Counted from the stretch's first letter, positions 1-8,727 are shown. The stretch is 64,000 bases of DNA from Clostridia bacterium (GCA_045541135.1 JAZQIO010000006.1:11512-75511), one strand, 5' to 3'. Numbers and translations are program-made. Notes: generated by a model from the sequence alone, not told the origin.

Positions 1-1
1 T

Positions 2-109
2 TCAAGTGCCGTTTCTGCACTTAAATGCACAAAAATAGGTGCAAGAGAGGGAGTACCCTCACTTGCAGAAGTAAAAGAATTTTTAAAGGAGCGTGGAATT
101 GATGTTTAA
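2..109 (+). CDS. 3' end of a PfkB-family sugar kinase (window-truncated; IolC/KdgK-like)
   Basis: Open frame from window edge to TAA 107-109. The tail ...KIGAREGVPSLAEVKEFLKERGIDV resembles ribokinase/PfkB C-termini. Overlaps the next start (ATGTTTAA). Confidence 0.45.
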   Translation, partial: SSAVSALKCTKIGAREGVPSLAEVKEFLKERGIDV

Positions 110-887
110 AAGAAGTTGGACTAAAAAATACGGTAAGTCTGAAATTTTTACAAAGGAAGACAGCTATTGCCAGAATGTTGAAATAGATATGGTTAAGCTT
201 GCTGACGGACAAACCAAAACATACAAAGAAGAAGGCAAGGAGTTTGCTTTGGTTATTTTAGGCGGTAAGTGCACAGTTGCCGGCAAAGGCTTTAACTATG
301 AAAACATTGGTGAAAGAGAAACTGTTTTTGACGGTAATGCAACCTGTGTGTATGTTCCAAGAAACACAGAGTTTACAATAACAGGTGTTGGCGAAGTTTC
401 AATTGCAGTAAGCAAGTGCCCGTCTGTTAACGACCACAAGCCTGTACTTATAAAGCCTGAAGATGTTGTTGCCAAGGAACTTGGTAAACCCGGCTGGGAA
501 AGACACGCTATGTTTGTACTTGATGAAAGAGTAGAGGCAGACCAGATTTACATTGGCGAATGCTGGATTGAAGGCGGACAGTGGTCAAGCTATCCTCCAC
601 ACAAGCACGATGATGACAATATGCCAACAGAAGCAAAAACAGAAGAAATTTATTACTATGAATTTGACAAGCCTCAGGGCTTTGGTATTCAGAAGGTTTA
701 CACAATGGAAGGCGACATTGATGAAACCTACACAGTTAAGTCGGGCGATTTTGTGGAAATTCCAAGAGGCTATCACCCATTCCATTCCGCACCCGGTTAC
801 AAAAACTATATGCTTTGGATAATGGCAGGCCCTGTAAGAGGATTTTATATGACCACAGATGAGGAACACGCATGGCTGAACAAATAA
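102..887 (+). CDS. iolB: 5-deoxy-glucuronate isomerase (KduI/IolB cupin family)
   Basis: ORF 93-887. WSSYPPHKHD...EEIYYYEF...GYHP block matches IolB as I recall it. AAGGAG at 86-91 precedes ATG 102. Confidence 0.8.
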   Translation: MFKRSWTKKYGKSEIFTKEDSYCQNVEIDMVKLADGQTKTYKEEGKEFALVILGGKCTVAGKGFNYENIGERETVFDGNATCVYVPRNTEFTITGVGEVSIAVSKCPSVNDHKPVLIKPEDVVAKELGKPGWERHAMFVLDERVEADQIYIGECWIEGGQWSSYPPHKHDDDNMPTEAKTEEIYYYEFDKPQGFGIQKVYTMEGDIDETYTVKSGDFVEIPRGYHPFHSAPGYKNYMLWIMAGPVRGFYMTTDEEHAWLNK

Positions 888-1726
888 TACTTAAAAACAA
901 TGACATTAAGGTTACAATTTCTGCACTTGGTGCAGAAATTGTAAGCGTTTTAAAAGACGGTAAGGAAAAAATGTGGTGTGCAGACCCCGACGTATGGGGG
1001 ATGTGTGCCCCCATAATGTTCCCTGTATGCGGTGGACTTAAGGACGACAAATTTATTTTTGAGGGTAAGGAATACACACTTGGCAAACACGGCTTTGCAC
1101 GTTTTATGGAATTTGAAGTAGAAAGTGCAGAGGAAGAAAAGGCTGTATTTTTGCTTCGTTCTAATGAGGAAACCCTAAAACAGTATCCCTTTGACTTTGA
1201 ATTTCGTGTTGCTTACACAATAAGCGGTGGGGATATTAAGGTTGAATACATAACCAAAAATGCAGGTAGCGGGGATATGTACTTTTCCGCAGGTGCTCAC
1301 GAAGGCTATGCCTGCCCCGGCGGTATTGAAAACTACAGCATAATTTTTGAAGAAGAGGAAGACCTTGTAAGCAATGTTTTAGAGGGTAATATTCTTGGCT
1401 ACAACACAGTAAATGTGGGTAGCGGTACAAGGGAATTAAAGCTTAAAGACGAATTTTTCAAGGTTGACGCACTTGTGTTTTTAAACTTAAAATCCAAAAA
1501 GGTATGGCTTAAAAATAATGTAAACGGCGAAAGTCATTCCGTAGAATTTAAGGGTGCACCTTATCTTTTACTGTGGACAAAATACAAGGCGGAATACATT
1601 TGCATAGAGCCTTGGTTTGGTATTTCGGACTTTACTGACAGTAATATGGATTTTGCCAATAAAAAAGGTATTACAAAACTTGTACCCGGTGAAGTTTGTA
1701 TAAATACACACACAATTTCTTTTTGA
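872..1726 (+). CDS. aldose 1-epimerase (galactose mutarotase-like, LacX-type) family protein
   Basis: 284-aa ORF overlapping the iolB stop. FPVCGG, GKHGFAR and EPW motifs are typical of the family. Confidence 0.7.
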   Translation: MAEQIILKNNDIKVTISALGAEIVSVLKDGKEKMWCADPDVWGMCAPIMFPVCGGLKDDKFIFEGKEYTLGKHGFARFMEFEVESAEEEKAVFLLRSNEETLKQYPFDFEFRVAYTISGGDIKVEYITKNAGSGDMYFSAGAHEGYACPGGIENYSIIFEEEEDLVSNVLEGNILGYNTVNVGSGTRELKLKDEFFKVDALVFLNLKSKKVWLKNNVNGESHSVEFKGAPYLLLWTKYKAEYICIEPWFGISDFTDSNMDFANKKGITKLVPGEVCINTHTISF

Positions 1727-2060
1727 GGGAATGTAAAAAAAGTCCAGACCGCAAAAAGAGGATAAAAATAAGAAATTCAAGTTATTTGTAATTTGCAAAA
1801 CATCTTAATTTGGTTGAAAAATCTCATTTTATTCGATTTTTCCTATTTTTCAAATCTTTTTGCTACGAACAAACTTCACCTCTACAGTCGATTTCAACTG
1901 CTCAACGACGTCGCAAGCGACTTGTTTTGCAGGAAATCTTTGTATGGGTGCTGTTCGCAAAATCGAAGATTTTGACAGCACCGCATCTCGTATACACATA
2001 CAGCTTCGGGTAACCCCTGCGGGTTCAGTTTGTCCATTCTGAACATTTTTTCCTATTCCC
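1727..2060. repeat. Intergenic repeat type 2, copy A (334 bp), imperfect terminal inverted repeats, hairpin-rich
   Basis: Starts right after stop TGA 1724-1726. Left end GGGAATGTAAAAAAAGTCCAGA; rc of right end GGGAATAGGAAAAAATGTTCAGA. Shares ends and core blocks with 13706-13937 and the core with 10460-10527. Confidence 0.6.
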
Positions 2061-2118
2061 AAAGTGAATGGATGTAAAAAAGTAAGCTTACATCTTATGC
2101 TATTTAAGGAGAAATACT

Positions 2119-2766
2119 ATGCTTGGAAATTTAAAAAAATTAAATCCCGATATTAAAATTTACAGTATTCACGATGATGAATTTAAAAAATACGGTGCTG
2201 TTATAGATTTTGATGCATCGGATATGGTTAAGGTGTGCGGTGAGCTTGGTTTGCCTGATGAAGGAACAAGTTATACGGCATCGGTTACAGAACTTGAAAA
2301 TCTTGAGTGTTCGGATTTTTTACGTAAAAGACTTTTTGGCGGCTTGGATGCCCAGGTGGGCTTATGCTGTGGACATAGTAGTTTTTTGAACGGTCTTGAA
2401 TACCACAACAGCTCGGAAATTAATGTAGCGGCTACACCTTTGGTTTTAATACTGGGACTGCGTTATGAAATGGAAGGCAGTGAATATAACAGCGAAAATG
2501 TAAAGGTTTTTTATCTTGAAAAAGGTGATGTTGTAGAGATTTTTGCTACATCTATGCACTTTTGCCCATGTCAGGTAGATGACAGTGGCTTTTCATGTGT
2601 GGTGGTGCTTCCAAAGGGTACAAATACGGACCTTGAGGAAAAGTATGATGATAAATTGCTATTCAGAAAAAACAAGTGGATTATATGCCACGATAAAAAC
2701 GAAGGCTTAATTGAACGCGGTGTTTACCCCGGTATACACGGTGTTAATTATGAGATTAGGTATTGA
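2119..2766 (+). CDS. DUF4867-like cupin-fold protein (function unknown)
   Basis: 215-aa ORF with AAGGAGA SD 6 nt upstream. Resembles DUF4867/ureidoglycolate-lyase-fold proteins from memory; not searched. Confidence 0.5.
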   Translation: MLGNLKKLNPDIKIYSIHDDEFKKYGAVIDFDASDMVKVCGELGLPDEGTSYTASVTELENLECSDFLRKRLFGGLDAQVGLCCGHSSFLNGLEYHNSSEINVAATPLVLILGLRYEMEGSEYNSENVKVFYLEKGDVVEIFATSMHFCPCQVDDSGFSCVVVLPKGTNTDLEEKYDDKLLFRKNKWIICHDKNEGLIERGVYPGIHGVNYEIRY

Positions 2767-2767
2767 T

Positions 2768-4240
2768 ATGAAATATTTACTTGGAATTGATTTTGGCGGC
2801 GGTGCCTCAAAGGCTACACTTTTAAGTGTAGAGGGTAAAATTGTTGCCACAAATACAACTGAATATCCTACAAATTATCCAAAGCCCGGCTATGCAGAGC
2901 AAAATCCTGACCATTGGGTGGAGGCTACCTGCGAAAATATTAAGGGTGTGCTTTCAAAAAGCGGTGTTATGCCAGAAGATATTTGTGCATTATCCCTTGA
3001 TGCGGCTACGCATACTGCGGTAATTATGGACGAAAACTTTAATGTTATACGCCCCGCTATTTACTGGACAGATACCAGAAGCACAAAGGAAGTAGCGTAT
3101 TTAAAAGAAAATTACGGAGACGTAATTGAAAAGCAGGTGCTACATAAGGCGGACACAATATGGTCACTGCCCGAGCTTATGTGGATTAAAAATAACGAGC
3201 CCGAAAACTGGGGAAGGGTAAAAAAGATTTTGTTTGCAAAGGACTATGTACGCCATTGCCTTACAGGTGACTATGTTACCGATTTTATTGAGGCAGAAGG
3301 CAGTATGATGTTTGACATCAATACAATGCAGTGGAGCAGAGAGCTTTGTGACATTTTGGAAATTGATGTTAATATGATGCCGAAAATTGTAAAGCCTACT
3401 GATATTGTTGGTAAAATTACGGCAGAGGCAGCTGCTCTTACAGGTCTTTTAGAGGGTACACCGGTGCTTTGCGGAACAACGGATACAGTTATGGAGGTTT
3501 TTGCTTCCGGTGCTGTTACAAAGGGAGCAATGACTTTAAAGCTTGCAACAGCAGGCAGAATTTGTGTGGTTACGGATAAACCGTATCCAGACATTAATCT
3601 TATTAACTATTCCCACGTTATAGACGGTTTATTTTACCCGGGTACGGCTACAAAGTCCTGTGCCGCATCTTACAGATGGTACCGTGACACCTTTGGCGGT
3701 GACTATGCCGAGCTTGATAAATTGGCAGAGGGTGTTGCAATAGGATCAGATGGACTTGTGTTCCACCCATATTTAAACGGTGAGCTTACACCTTATGCTA
3801 ACCCGAATTTGTGTGCAGATTTTGTAGGTGTGCGTTCTTCACACACAAAGGCACATTTTACAAGAGCGGTTTTAGAAGGTGTTGCAATGTCTATGCTGGA
3901 TTGCAAAACTGCACTTGATAATCTTAATATTCCGCACAGTGACAGCGCTGTTATAATAGGCGGTGGCGGTAAAAGTCCACTTTGGCGACAGATGATTTCC
4001 GACGCTTTGGGCATTAAGCTTGTGGAAATGAAATATGCAGATTCCTCACTTGGCAGTGCTATGCTTGCAGGTATTGCAGTAGGTGTTTTTGAAAGCCCTG
4101 AAGTGGCTGTGGCTACTTGCAATGCAGTAGTTTCCGAAACACTTCCAAACAGTGAAAATACAAAGGAATATGCAAAATTATTTAAAAAATATAAAGCAGT
4201 TCAAAAGGCATTAGAGCCTATATATAACGGAGAATTTTAA
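2768..4240 (+). CDS. FGGY-family carbohydrate kinase (xylulokinase-like)
   Basis: MKYLLGIDFGGGASK actin-fold N-terminus and IIGGGGKSPLW C-terminal motif. Start moved from ORF start 2711 to ATG 2768. Confidence 0.85.
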   Translation: MKYLLGIDFGGGASKATLLSVEGKIVATNTTEYPTNYPKPGYAEQNPDHWVEATCENIKGVLSKSGVMPEDICALSLDAATHTAVIMDENFNVIRPAIYWTDTRSTKEVAYLKENYGDVIEKQVLHKADTIWSLPELMWIKNNEPENWGRVKKILFAKDYVRHCLTGDYVTDFIEAEGSMMFDINTMQWSRELCDILEIDVNMMPKIVKPTDIVGKITAEAAALTGLLEGTPVLCGTTDTVMEVFASGAVTKGAMTLKLATAGRICVVTDKPYPDINLINYSHVIDGLFYPGTATKSCAASYRWYRDTFGGDYAELDKLAEGVAIGSDGLVFHPYLNGELTPYANPNLCADFVGVRSSHTKAHFTRAVLEGVAMSMLDCKTALDNLNIPHSDSAVIIGGGGKSPLWRQMISDALGIKLVEMKYADSSLGSAMLAGIAVGVFESPEVAVATCNAVVSETLPNSENTKEYAKLFKKYKAVQKALEPIYNGEF

Positions 4241-5592
4241 TGAAAATTATAGTTTGTGTAAAGGTAATAAAGGGAGAAATTAACCCATTTGACGAATCCG
4301 CATTGGAATGTGCACTTACCCTTTCCAATGACGTTACGGTTTTGTCAATGGGTCCGAAATCCTGCGAGGATGCATTAAAGCCACTTACACGCCTTGGTGC
4401 TAAGGTGGTGCTTATAAGTGACGGTGTATTTGCAGGGTCTGATACCCTTGCTACGTCGTACATACTTTCTACTGCAATTAAAAATATGGAATACGACCTT
4501 ATTTTATGCGGCAGACAAAGTATAGACGGTGATACTGCACAGGTAGGGCCAATGCTTTCGCAGATGCTTGGATGCTTACTTGTTACCAATGCACTTTCCG
4601 TTGAAGTTAAAGAAAATGAAGTTTTTACAAAAACACGTATGGGTGATGAAACAGTAAAAACACCTGCACTAATAACTTTAGAGCGTGGGTACATTTTACG
4701 CTTTCCAAGCATTTTTTCAAAGGTTGGGGAAGTTAAGATTATTGACAATTCCTCACTTAACTGCGATTTGTCAAGGTGCGGTCTTTCAGGCTCACCTACA
4801 AAGGTTTTACAGTCCTTTGAAAATGAACGTGGAAAAAGAAAGTGTAAATTTATAACAATGGCAGAACTTTTGCCTCTTGTTGAAAAGCTTAAAGGTGAAA
4901 ATGTAAAAAGTGAAAAAAGTACATACAGCGGTGTTAAGTTAAAAGCTGTGTGGGCTGTTGGCGAAAGGGTACTTGAAAAGGCAAGGGAAATAGCGGAAAA
5001 GGTTGTTTTAATTGATGAAATGACTCCCGAAGAAATTGCACAAAAGGCTATGAAGGAAAAGCCCGATGTTGTACTTTGGAATGCAGACTTGTGGGGCAGA
5101 AAAAATGCACCTGTTGTGGCGGCAATGCTGAGTACGGGACTTTGTGCCGACTGTACACACCTTGAAACCGACGGAGAAACACTCTTTATGTACCGTCCTG
5201 CACAGGGGGGTAACATTACCGCAAAAATAAAGTGTACTGCAAAGCCACAGATGGCAACTGTACGCACAAAATCCGAAAGCTCGGACATTATTGTTTCAGG
5301 CGGCAAGGGTGTTGGAGACAGTATAGATAAACTGCACGACCTTGCAAAAAAGCTTGATGCACAGCTTGGCGCATCACGGGGACTTGTGGATTTAAACGGT
5401 GCACCCTACGAGCATCAGGTTGGTTTAACAGGTAAAACCGTAAGCCCTAAAATTTACATTGCAGTCGGTATTTCAGGTGCTATACACCATACCGTTGCAA
5501 TAGAGGGTGCAGGAACGGTTATTGCCATAAATCCCGATAAGGATGCAAGGATTTTTGAGTATGCTGACTATGGCATAATAGATAGAATATAA
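4240..5592 (+). CDS. Fused electron-transfer flavoprotein (EtfB-like N-half + EtfA FAD-binding C-half)
   Basis: N-half: MKIIVCVK, GRQSIDGDTAQVGP, GLSGSPTKV (EtfB). C-half: PKIYIAVGISGAIHH, AINPDKDARIF (EtfA). ATG overlaps the kinase stop (TAATG). Confidence 0.8.
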   Translation: MKIIVCVKVIKGEINPFDESALECALTLSNDVTVLSMGPKSCEDALKPLTRLGAKVVLISDGVFAGSDTLATSYILSTAIKNMEYDLILCGRQSIDGDTAQVGPMLSQMLGCLLVTNALSVEVKENEVFTKTRMGDETVKTPALITLERGYILRFPSIFSKVGEVKIIDNSSLNCDLSRCGLSGSPTKVLQSFENERGKRKCKFITMAELLPLVEKLKGENVKSEKSTYSGVKLKAVWAVGERVLEKAREIAEKVVLIDEMTPEEIAQKAMKEKPDVVLWNADLWGRKNAPVVAAMLSTGLCADCTHLETDGETLFMYRPAQGGNITAKIKCTAKPQMATVRTKSESSDIIVSGGKGVGDSIDKLHDLAKKLDAQLGASRGLVDLNGAPYEHQVGLTGKTVSPKIYIAVGISGAIHHTVAIEGAGTVIAINPDKDARIFEYADYGIIDRI

Positions 5593-5625
5593 TGAATAAT
5601 TAATAATTAATAATGAATAATTATG
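5593..5625. repeat. AATGAATAAT-type short tandem motif directly after a stop codon
   Basis: tgaataattaataattaataatgaataatt. The same motif recurs at 10716-10744 (rc) and 13668-13702, each at a gene 3' end. Confidence 0.5.
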
Positions 5626-5628
5626 GTG

Positions 5629-5657
5629 GAAATCCGCTTTTGGCGGATTTCTTTTTG
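5629..5657 (+). terminator. Rho-independent terminator of the DUF4867-kinase-ETF unit
   Basis: 9-bp stem GAAATCCGC/GCGGATTTC, 5-nt loop, then TTTTT. Confidence 0.7.
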
Positions 5658-5690
5658 TTTGCAATTATCAATTTACCCATTATCAATTAA

Positions 5691-5722
5691 AAAGACCTGT
5701 AAAAATTTTTTACAGGTCTTTA
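5691..5722. terminator. Bidirectional terminator (perfect 16-bp palindrome)
   Basis: AAAGACCTGTAAAAAA/TTTTTTACAGGTCTTT, lying between convergent units (ETF + strand, GH88 - strand). Confidence 0.65.
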
Positions 5723-5801
5723 TTAAAGTGCTTTTACAATTTATAAATCTCTTTAACTTCTTATCTTTTTATTTCTTTTTTTTACATTCCCATAAAATTT
5801 C

Positions 5802-6944
5802 TTACCAGATAAGGAAGTCCATACCCTTTAGCTTACAAAGTGCTTCTACAAAGAAGAAGTCACCGTAAATAATCGGAATGTGCAAGCCTCTGCCCTGATT
5901 TTTTTCGTTAGGATAACGTTCTGAACCCATAAGCACAAGTGCATCTTCGTCATCTGAATAGTTGCAGAAGTGTTCGTCTGTTGCCTTTAGAATGTTTATT
6001 GCTGCTTCCGTATATCTTTTTGCTTCAGCTTCATCTACATATTTTGCAATTTCAAGCAAACCGCAGGCTGTACATACACCTGCTGTGCTGTCATAGTATA
6101 CAGGTTCTGCAGGAGCTGTAAAGTCTACAACTGCTTTATAATCTGTTTTTTCAACATTTTTAATAAAGTAGTCTGCTGTTTTAATTGCAGCATCAAGATA
6201 ATCCTTTTTACCTGTGTGTATGTATGAAAGTATTGTGCCGTATACTGCCCATGCAAGACCTCTTGACCAGCAGGAGCCTACAGCATAGCCCTGACCTGCA
6301 TGAGTCTTTATAACTTCCGGCTTTTCCAGGCTGTGCTCTACAATGTGGTTTACGGAACCGTCCTCACGGATGTGGTCACGAATTGCCATATCACAATGTG
6401 CCATAGCAATTCTCTTTAGTCTGTCTATATTCTTTTCCTTTGATGCCCAGTAAAGAAGAGGAATGTTCATAAGGCAGTCTATTATAGACCATTCTTCGTC
6501 ATGATTCCATGCGCTTATGAATTTGCCGTCTATGTTATAACGGGAACCAAGAACGTGTGCTGCATACATATTGCGAAGGAATGACTTTCGATCCCCTGTA
6601 ATACGGTATGATGCACCTGCTGTTAAGTGGTACATAAAGCCAACATCGTGGTGAAGACCGTCATATTTTTCAAAAGCTGTGTCTAAAAGCTCTTCACTTC
6701 TCTTAGCAGTCTTTTTGAATTCTTCGTTTTCTGTAGCAAGATACATAAGCCACATCATACCGCCCCAGAAGCCGTTTGTCCACCAGCAGGGACGTGTTTC
6801 GTGGCAGTTATCGTGAACGCCGTTTACTGTTGTGTAGGGCAGCTTGTCACGGCTTTTTACCGCAACCTTTGCAAGCTTACTTTCAACCTTTGCCCATGTT
6901 TCGTCAAGCCATTGCTTGTTTTCGTTTATAACGTTTTTATCCAT
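5802..6944 (-). CDS. Glycoside hydrolase family 88 (unsaturated glucuronyl hydrolase-like)
   Basis: 380-aa ORF. WWTNGFWGGMMW and CWSRGLAWA blocks are characteristic of GH88/UGL. Confidence 0.8.
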   Translation of the reverse strand: MDKNVINENKQWLDETWAKVESKLAKVAVKSRDKLPYTTVNGVHDNCHETRPCWWTNGFWGGMMWLMYLATENEEFKKTAKRSEELLDTAFEKYDGLHHDVGFMYHLTAGASYRITGDRKSFLRNMYAAHVLGSRYNIDGKFISAWNHDEEWSIIDCLMNIPLLYWASKEKNIDRLKRIAMAHCDMAIRDHIREDGSVNHIVEHSLEKPEVIKTHAGQGYAVGSCWSRGLAWAVYGTILSYIHTGKKDYLDAAIKTADYFIKNVEKTDYKAVVDFTAPAEPVYYDSTAGVCTACGLLEIAKYVDEAEAKRYTEAAINILKATDEHFCNYSDDEDALVLMGSERYPNEKNQGRGLHIPIIYGDFFFVEALCKLKGMDFLIW

Positions 6945-6974
6945 TTTAATTTAGCTCCTTTTTTTATTTTAGAG

Positions 6975-8651
6975 TTATCTTATTTCACATGTTTCAACAA
7001 AGTCCATATCGTCAAATTCCTGGTTTTCACCGCACATTGCCCAGATAAAGGAATATGCCTTTGTACCAACGCCTGAATGAATTGACCAGCTTGGTGAGAT
7101 TACAGCTTCTTCATTGTGCATTACAATATGTCTTGTTTCTGTAGGTTCACCCATCATATGGAATACTGCATCATTTTCACCCATATCAAGATACAGATAA
7201 ACTTCCATTCTTCTGTCGTGTGTATGTGTTGGCATTGTGTTCCAGTTTGAGCCGGGTTCTAACTGTGTAAGACCCATTGTAAGCTGACAGCTTTTAATTA
7301 CATCCGGATGAATGTATTGGTTAATTACACGCTTGTTGCAGTCTTCAACTGAACCAAGTGGCACCTTTTTAGCCTTTTCAATATCTATTTTAACAATTGG
7401 GTATGATGCATGTGCAGGGCATGATGATACATAGAATTTTGCAGGGTTTTCAGGGTCAATGCTCTTAAATGAAACTTCCTTGTTGCCCATACCTATGTAA
7501 ATACCGTCACGTGGGTTCATTTCATATTCTGTGCCGTCAATTGTTATAACACCCTTGCCACCTATGTTGATACAGCCCATTTCACGTCTTTCCAAAAAGT
7601 ATTCGCTTGCAAGCTCCTTGCCGCCTTCTAGTGAAAGTGATCTTGCAACAGGCATAAGACCTGCTGTTATAATTCTGTCAATATGGCTGTAAACCATTCT
7701 GATGTTATCCTTTGTGAAAAGCTTGCTGATGTGGAATTCTTCTCTTAGTCTTTCTGTTGTGTAGTGTTTTACGTCTCTTGGGTTTGAAGCGCATCTGATT
7801 TCCATTTTACTTAAATCCTCCTTAATATATTTTCCGTATACTTCAATTTGTGTAAGTGCCGCAAATGAAAGTATTTCGGTTGCCTGAATAAAGTTTTTCA
7901 GGCGTATGTATTTTGTTGTTTTTTTGTTTACAGTAATTTCCTGACCCTTTGAATTTTCGGGGTTAAGGTCGGTGTTATCCATTGTAAATTCTCCGTGTAT
8001 TACTTCGCCGTCGGAAAATTCAATGTCAATATTTTTCCAGTATGAATCGTGTGGAAGGCCCGTTCTTTCTTCATGCTTAAAGTCTGCACGTAGGTAGAAA
8101 ACAAGCTTTTCAACCTCAACATCACAGCCAAAGTCAAGTACATATTCAAGGTCATCTCTTGCACCGCCTGCCCATGAATGGTATGGGTATTTGCCGTGAC
8201 CCTGGTTATTTATAACACCGTCTATTGCGTTACGTTCGTAAAAAGTCGGGTTTTCACGGGTAACAAAGTTTGCGGTTGAATGTGGATAGCCCCTTGTTTT
8301 TCCCTTAAGGTCGTGGGAATTAAGGGCAATGTTACGGTATGCGTAAATTTCTTCTTCACTTGGTTCACGTACGGATATAACCTGAACTTCTTTTGAAAAA
8401 GCATCGGGATTATATGCTGCCGCCAGTACCTTTGGTGATGGGACTGTAAATTCATAGTTACGGTCAGGTACATAAAGTATGCTTTCAGCAAGTGTTTCGT
8501 CAAACTTTACGGCAATATAGTCGCAACCGTCAAGAAGTACCTTTATTTTATCACCCTCCAAAAGAGTGCCTTTGTATTCGGCTTTTATGCTTTCGCCCTT
8601 TTGGGTAAGCTTTACTTCCTTATCGTTTCCGATAATTTTTAAAGTTAGCAT
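6975..8651 (-). CDS. kduI: In-frame fusion: 282-aa discoidin/F5-8-C-like domain + 276-aa 5-dehydro-4-deoxy-D-glucuronate isomerase (KduI)
   Basis: Continuous 558-aa ORF. The C-terminal 276 aa (ATG 7805) match full-length KduI (MPTHTHDRRMEVY, SPSWSIHSG). GGAGGTGA SD before ATG 8651, and a second SD, AAGGAGGA 7816-7823, before ATG 7805. Confidence 0.75.
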   Translation of the reverse strand: MLTLKIIGNDKEVKLTQKGESIKAEYKGTLLEGDKIKVLLDGCDYIAVKFDETLAESILYVPDRNYEFTVPSPKVLAAAYNPDAFSKEVQVISVREPSEEEIYAYRNIALNSHDLKGKTRGYPHSTANFVTRENPTFYERNAIDGVINNQGHGKYPYHSWAGGARDDLEYVLDFGCDVEVEKLVFYLRADFKHEERTGLPHDSYWKNIDIEFSDGEVIHGEFTMDNTDLNPENSKGQEITVNKKTTKYIRLKNFIQATEILSFAALTQIEVYGKYIKEDLSKMEIRCASNPRDVKHYTTERLREEFHISKLFTKDNIRMVYSHIDRIITAGLMPVARSLSLEGGKELASEYFLERREMGCINIGGKGVITIDGTEYEMNPRDGIYIGMGNKEVSFKSIDPENPAKFYVSSCPAHASYPIVKIDIEKAKKVPLGSVEDCNKRVINQYIHPDVIKSCQLTMGLTQLEPGSNWNTMPTHTHDRRMEVYLYLDMGENDAVFHMMGEPTETRHIVMHNEEAVISPSWSIHSGVGTKAYSFIWAMCGENQEFDDMDFVETCEIR

Positions 8652-8673
8652 TAATTCACCTCCTATTGTTATA

Positions 8674-8701
8674 ATTATATAATAACATATTATTTTTGCA
8701 A
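8674..8701 (-). promoter_or_regulatory. Candidate sigma-A promoter for the discoidin::kduI-GH88 unit
   Basis: TTGCAA, 16 nt, TATAAT on the minus strand, about 25 nt upstream of the SD. Confidence 0.4.
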
Positions 8702-8727
8702 GTTTATTGCGTTTTGGAGTAATTTTC

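Noticed and set aside
1727-2060. Integron attC sites or gene cassettes as an explanation for repeats that begin right after stop codons.
   Set aside because: No GTTRRRY/RYYYAAC core sites at the boundaries and no integrase in the window. The elements are longer and differently organised than attC.
1793-2062. 60-70-aa ORFs inside repeat copy A (1793-1975, 1810-2013, 1860-2042 plus; 1850-2062 minus).
   Set aside because: They are mutually overlapping in several frames, have no SDs, are not conserved in copies B and C, and the region is dominated by hairpins.
4218-5306. 362-aa minus-strand ORF antisense to the ETF fusion gene.
   Set aside because: It is Ser/Phe/Ile-rich and low in complexity, has no SD, and is fully overlapped by a well-supported plus-strand gene. 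This is the typical shadow ORF of AT-rich coding DNA.
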